This document shows, one piece after another, positions 60,336 through 64,000 of a DNA stretch of 64,000 nucleotides (position 1 is its first letter; each line of letters starts with the position of its first letter). This DNA is from Sphingobium sp. (GTDB lineage Bacteria; Pseudomonadota; Alphaproteobacteria; Sphingomonadales; Sphingomonadaceae). The DNA lies in assembly GCF_049304695.1 (NCBI RefSeq), contig NZ_JBAQOK010000097.1:25810-89809 (forward strand), in the 5' to 3' direction. Both the position numbers and the translations under genes were made by a program. Under the pieces are notes generated by a model. The model did not search any database. It was not told the DNA's origin and saw nothing but the letters and a program-made list of their open reading frames with translations.

Positions 60336-62524
60336 CCAGACATTTTCTCCACTTCTCCGCCGCGCTGGCTTTGGCGCTGGCCGCCCCGGCGCAGGCACAG
60401 CAAACACTCAACGTCCGCGATGCTGACATACGCGCCTTCATTCAGGACGCGGCACGGGTGACGGGGCGAACCTTCATCATCGACAATAAGGTGCAGGGCA
60501 AGGTGTCGGTCGTAACCGACCGGCCACTGTCCCGGACCGAATATTTCGAGATCGTCCTGTCCACCCTGCGCGCCAATGGCCTAGTGGCGGTCCCCGCTCC
60601 TGGCGGTGCCTATCGCATCCAGCCCGCCGATGGCGCGGCGGGCCAGCCCAGCAGCGTAGGCCGCGCCGCCAACCGCAACAGCTTCGTTACCGAAGTCTTC
60701 CGCCTGCGCTCGATCGACGCGGCCAGTGCGCTGGAAACGCTGCGCCCACTGGTCAGCAAGGAAGGCTCCGTCACCGCCAACCGCGCGGGCAACAGCGTGG
60801 TCGTGGCCGACTATGCCGACAATATCGTGCGCATCCGGCAAGTCATCGCGCGGGTCGATCGCGACACGTCCGCCACGCAGATGGTGATGCTCAAAAATGC
60901 AGGCGCGCGCGAAATCGCGACCTCGCTTCAGGCGCTGGTGGCCAGCAGCGGCAGCGGCGAAAACGCCTCGCCGTCCGCTGCCACCGTCGTGCCGATCGAC
61001 AGCAGCAACGCCGTCGCGATCCGGGGCGATGCCTCCACTGTCGCCCGCCTTGCCGCCATGGCCCGGCAACTGGACCAGCAGGCAGCCAGCGGCACCGAAA
61101 TCCGCGTCTATTGGCTCGAACATGCCGACGCCGAAAAATTGCTGCCCGTGTTGCAGCAACTGGTGGGGCAATCCACCAGCGGACCCGTATCCGCTGCCGC
61201 CCCGTCTGCGAGCGCTGCCCCAGCCGCACAGGCGGCCGCGCCGGTAGCGGCGGCATCCGCTTCCTCCAGCGGCAGCGGCATCTCGACGCGCGGTCCCGCC
61301 ATCGTCACTCGCTACGAAGGCGCGAATGCCATCATCGTCGCGGCCAACAGCGACGTGCAACGGATGCTGGGCGAAACCATCCGCCAACTCGACACGCGCC
61401 GCGAACAGGTGCTGGTGGAAGCGATCATCGTGGAAATCAGCGATACGGCGGCCAAGAAGCTGGGCGTCCAATTCCTGCTGGGCAGCACATCCACCGGCTT
61501 TGCCGCCACCAACTATTCCAACGCCTCGCCTAATCTGCTGACGCTGGCGGGTGCCTATGGCGCGACTCAGCTCGGCACGACCAAGACGACAGTGGTGGCT
61601 GCGGATGGCAGCACCACGACGACCGAAACGCAGACCAACGGCGATCTGGCCAGCACGCTGCAACAGTCCGCGCTCAGCAGCCTGACCAGTGCCACTGGCA
61701 TCATCGGTGGCCTTGGTACGCAGATCGGCAAGAACGGCATTTTCGGCGCGATCATCAACGCAGTGAAATCCGACACGGAAAGCAACCTGTTGTCCACGCC
61801 GTCGGTCATGACGCTCGACAATCAGAAAGCGTCGATTCTGGTCGGGCAACAGGTGCCGGTGACGACCGGGGAAGCCCTGTCCCAGAATTTCGACAACCAG
61901 TTCCGCACCGTCCAGCGGCAGGACGTTGGCATTAAGCTGGAGGTCAAGCCGCAGATCAACACTGGCGGCGCGATCAAGCTGTTCCTGCGACAGGAAGTGT
62001 CGAGCGTCGCCGGCCCGGTCAGCAATAGCAGCAGCGACCTCATCATCAACAAGCGCGAGATCGAAACGACTGTCACCGTGGACGACGGCGAGATACTCGC
62101 GCTGGGCGGATTGCTCGACGATAACGAACGCAAGACAATCGAGCGTATCCCGTTGCTGTCCGACATTCCGGGGCTGGGCGAACTGTTCAAGTCGCGCAGC
62201 AAAAGCCGCGCCAAGACGAACCTGATGGTCTTCATCCGCCCCACGATATTGCGGACTAAGGAGGACGCGCAGCGCCTGACGCAGCAACGCTACGGCTATG
62301 TCCGGGGCATGCAGTTGCAGCGCAATCCCGACATGGAACCGACGATCGACGAACTGGTGCGCGACTATATGGGCGCGACCCCGCCGGTCGCCGCGCAGCC
62401 CGGCGATGCCGTGGTAGTACCCGACGCGCCGCCCCCCGTGCCGGAAGTGATCCAGCCTACCGTCCGCCAATCAAGCGGCGTCGTGCGCCCGGTCGAAATC
62501 CCGGCCAGCGGAGCGCGCAAGTGA
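60332..62524 (+). CDS. gspD: type II secretion system secretin
   Basis: 730 aa. Signal peptide, N0-N3 domains, and a secretin domain (SNLLSTPSVMTLDNQKASILVGQQVP...IPLLSDIPGLGELFK). Confidence 0.93.
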   Translation: MTRHFLHFSAALALALAAPAQAQQTLNVRDADIRAFIQDAARVTGRTFIIDNKVQGKVSVVTDRPLSRTEYFEIVLSTLRANGLVAVPAPGGAYRIQPADGAAGQPSSVGRAANRNSFVTEVFRLRSIDAASALETLRPLVSKEGSVTANRAGNSVVVADYADNIVRIRQVIARVDRDTSATQMVMLKNAGAREIATSLQALVASSGSGENASPSAATVVPIDSSNAVAIRGDASTVARLAAMARQLDQQAASGTEIRVYWLEHADAEKLLPVLQQLVGQSTSGPVSAAAPSASAAPAAQAAAPVAAASASSSGSGISTRGPAIVTRYEGANAIIVAANSDVQRMLGETIRQLDTRREQVLVEAIIVEISDTAAKKLGVQFLLGSTSTGFAATNYSNASPNLLTLAGAYGATQLGTTKTTVVAADGSTTTTETQTNGDLASTLQQSALSSLTSATGIIGGLGTQIGKNGIFGAIINAVKSDTESNLLSTPSVMTLDNQKASILVGQQVPVTTGEALSQNFDNQFRTVQRQDVGIKLEVKPQINTGGAIKLFLRQEVSSVAGPVSNSSSDLIINKREIETTVTVDDGEILALGGLLDDNERKTIERIPLLSDIPGLGELFKSRSKSRAKTNLMVFIRPTILRTKEDAQRLTQQRYGYVRGMQLQRNPDMEPTIDELVRDYMGATPPVAAQPGDAVVVPDAPPPVPEVIQPTVRQSSGVVRPVEIPASGARK

Positions 62525-62541
62525 CTATGCTTCCACTCCCC

Positions 62542-62657
62542 CCGTTCGCCCTGAGCCTGTCGAAGCCTGTCCTGAGCGACTGCTGTAAGCAGGCAGTCGA
62601 AGGGGGTCTTTCTTTTCTTCAAGAAGCAGGGGGCTTCGACCAGCTCAGCCCGAACGG
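62542..62657. repeat. 116-bp palindromic intergenic repeat element between gspD and gspE
   Basis: Terminal arms ccgttcgccctgagcctgtcgaag (62542-62565) and cttcgaccagctcagcccgaacgg (62634-62657) are 20/24 complementary. The inner motif gactgctgtaagcaggcagtcgaaggg recurs at 9018-9043. Confidence 0.8.
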
Positions 62658-62665
62658 GGTTTGGT

Positions 62666-64000
62666 ATGAATGAGGTCGATTCTCACATCTCATCCACCGC
62701 ACCCTCGCGCCCCATCGACATCCCCTACGCCTTCGCGCGCAAGAACGGCGTCGTCATCCTGCCGCTGGAAGGCGACCGCCTGACCATCGCTGTGCGCGAA
62801 GGCAGCGACCCGCGCGTCCTGCTCGAAGTGCGCCGCCATCTGGCGCGCAGCTTCGACGTCATCTTCGTGGAACCCGCGCAATTCGACCGGCATCTGTCCA
62901 ACCATTATGCGATGGAGGGCAGCGCCGCCGCCATGGCCGGATCGCTGGAGGTCGGCGCGGACGAACTGGACATATTGGCCGCCGACATCCCCACTGCCGA
63001 TGACCTGCTCGACAGTGCTGACGATGCACCCGCCATCCGCCTAATCAACGGTATCATCGCCGAAGCCGCGCGGCAGGGTGTGTCCGACATCCATATCGAA
63101 CCCTATGAAACCGGCCTGATCGTGCGAATGCGCGTGGACGGCGTATTGCGCGAAACGCTGCGCATGCCGCCCCATGTCGCCCCCGTCGTCGTCAGCCGCA
63201 TCAAGGTTATGGCGCGCCTGGATATCGCCGAACGCCGCGTGCCACAGGATGGGCGCATCGGCCTGACGCTGGGCGGCAAGCTGCTCGACGTGCGCGTCTC
63301 CACCTTGCCAAGCCGGGCTGGCGAGCGCGTCGTTCTGCGTATCCTGGACAAGGAAAATGCAGGCATCACGCTTGACCTGCTGGGGATGAATGGCACCCCC
63401 GACCGCATCTTCCGCGAAGGATTGAGCGAGCCCAACGGCATCATCCTTGTCACCGGGCCGACCGGATCGGGCAAAACGACCACGCTCTACGCGGGCCTGC
63501 GCCAGTTGAACGATGGCACGCGCAATATCCTGACGGTCGAAGACCCGGTCGAATATGCGATGGAGGGCGTCGGCCAGACGCAGGTCAATGCCAAGGTCGG
63601 CCTGACCTTCGCCGCTGGCCTGCGCGCCATCCTGCGGCAAGACCCAGACGTGGTGATGATCGGCGAAATTCGCGATCGCGAAACTGCCGAAATCGCCGTG
63701 CAGGCGTCGCTGACCGGGCATCTGGTGCTTTCGACCGTCCACACCAACGACGCGGTGGGCGCGATCACCCGGATGCGCGACATGCGCGTCGAACCCTTCC
63801 TGCTCGCCTCCACCCTGCGCGCCGTCATCGCCCAGCGTCTCGTCCGCCGCCTTTGCCAAAGTTGCCGCGAACCGGTGCAGGCGGACAAGTCGGCCAGCGC
63901 GCTGCTGGGGTTCGATCCGGGCACCATCATCTATCGCGCGCGCGGCTGCGATGCGTGCAGCGGCACCGGCTACAAAGGTCGGATCGGCGTATTCGAAGCC
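62666..64000 (+). CDS. gspE: type II secretion ATPase GspE, C-terminally truncated by the window edge
   Basis: Absent from the plus-strand track because there is no stop inside the window. From the ATG at 62666: MNEVDSHISS...DDAPAIRLINGIIAEAARQGVSDIHIEP, Walker A VTGPTGSGKTTT, Asp box/Walker B DPDVVMIGEIRD, His box TGHLVLSTVHTND, and tetracysteine CQSC...CDAC. Confidence 0.94.
   Translation, partial: MNEVDSHISSTAPSRPIDIPYAFARKNGVVILPLEGDRLTIAVREGSDPRVLLEVRRHLARSFDVIFVEPAQFDRHLSNHYAMEGSAAAMAGSLEVGADELDILAADIPTADDLLDSADDAPAIRLINGIIAEAARQGVSDIHIEPYETGLIVRMRVDGVLRETLRMPPHVAPVVVSRIKVMARLDIAERRVPQDGRIGLTLGGKLLDVRVSTLPSRAGERVVLRILDKENAGITLDLLGMNGTPDRIFREGLSEPNGIILVTGPTGSGKTTTLYAGLRQLNDGTRNILTVEDPVEYAMEGVGQTQVNAKVGLTFAAGLRAILRQDPDVVMIGEIRDRETAEIAVQASLTGHLVLSTVHTNDAVGAITRMRDMRVEPFLLASTLRAVIAQRLVRRLCQSCREPVQADKSASALLGFDPGTIIYRARGCDACSGTGYKGRIGVFEA

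Noticed and set aside
1-64000. Looked for CRISPR arrays, IS elements or transposases, integrases, phage genes and toxin-antitoxin pairs
   Set aside because: None recognised on either strand. The only mobile-like content is the set of short palindromic intergenic repeats reported above.

Overview
High-GC alphaproteobacterial chromosomal core segment. I infer it is Sphingomonad-like from three things: the tmRNA tag ANDNEALAIAA on a permuted ssrA, a GTTC-N7-GTTC SOS box, and nuoA-N/birA/coaX/rnj/DUF1467 synteny.

Gene order, left to right:
- edd (partial) and zwf on the minus strand, a MerC-like membrane protein, tRNA-Leu(CAA), an aminotransferase and an L,D-transpeptidase.
- maeB and a LysR regulator (minus strand), divergent from glcB. 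Then a second L,D-transpeptidase, an M23 peptidase, efp and a SuhB-like phosphatase.
- A complete 14-gene nuoA-N operon. It carries an extra 49-codon membrane ORF between nuoE and nuoF and a REP-like palindrome between nuoG and nuoH. It runs on into birA-coaX-rnj-DUF1467.
- A decayed P-loop ATPase pseudogene.
- A divergent five-gene cluster: a TipN-architecture coiled-coil membrane protein, an Hpt-like protein with Trp at the phospho-His position, a degenerate nucleotidyltransferase/membrane fusion, a hypothetical protein, and a histidine-kinase-like protein with Arg instead of the H-box His.
- gltA-gltX (minus strand), then comEC converging on and overlapping lexA.
- moeA-moaC-trpC-trpD-trpG (minus strand).
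- A circularly permuted two-piece tmRNA gene.
- A lipoprotein plus TonB-dependent receptor pair, a CYTH/CHAD protein, a 2OG oxygenase, and the start of a type II secretion cluster (gspC, gspD, gspE partial).

I saw no CRISPR array, transposase, integrase or prophage genes. Most long antisense ORFs in the track are high-GC artefacts.

The most unusual content is the 33.7-40.6 kb cluster with several degenerate signalling and enzyme signatures. Every family assignment comes from reading the translations. No database search was possible.
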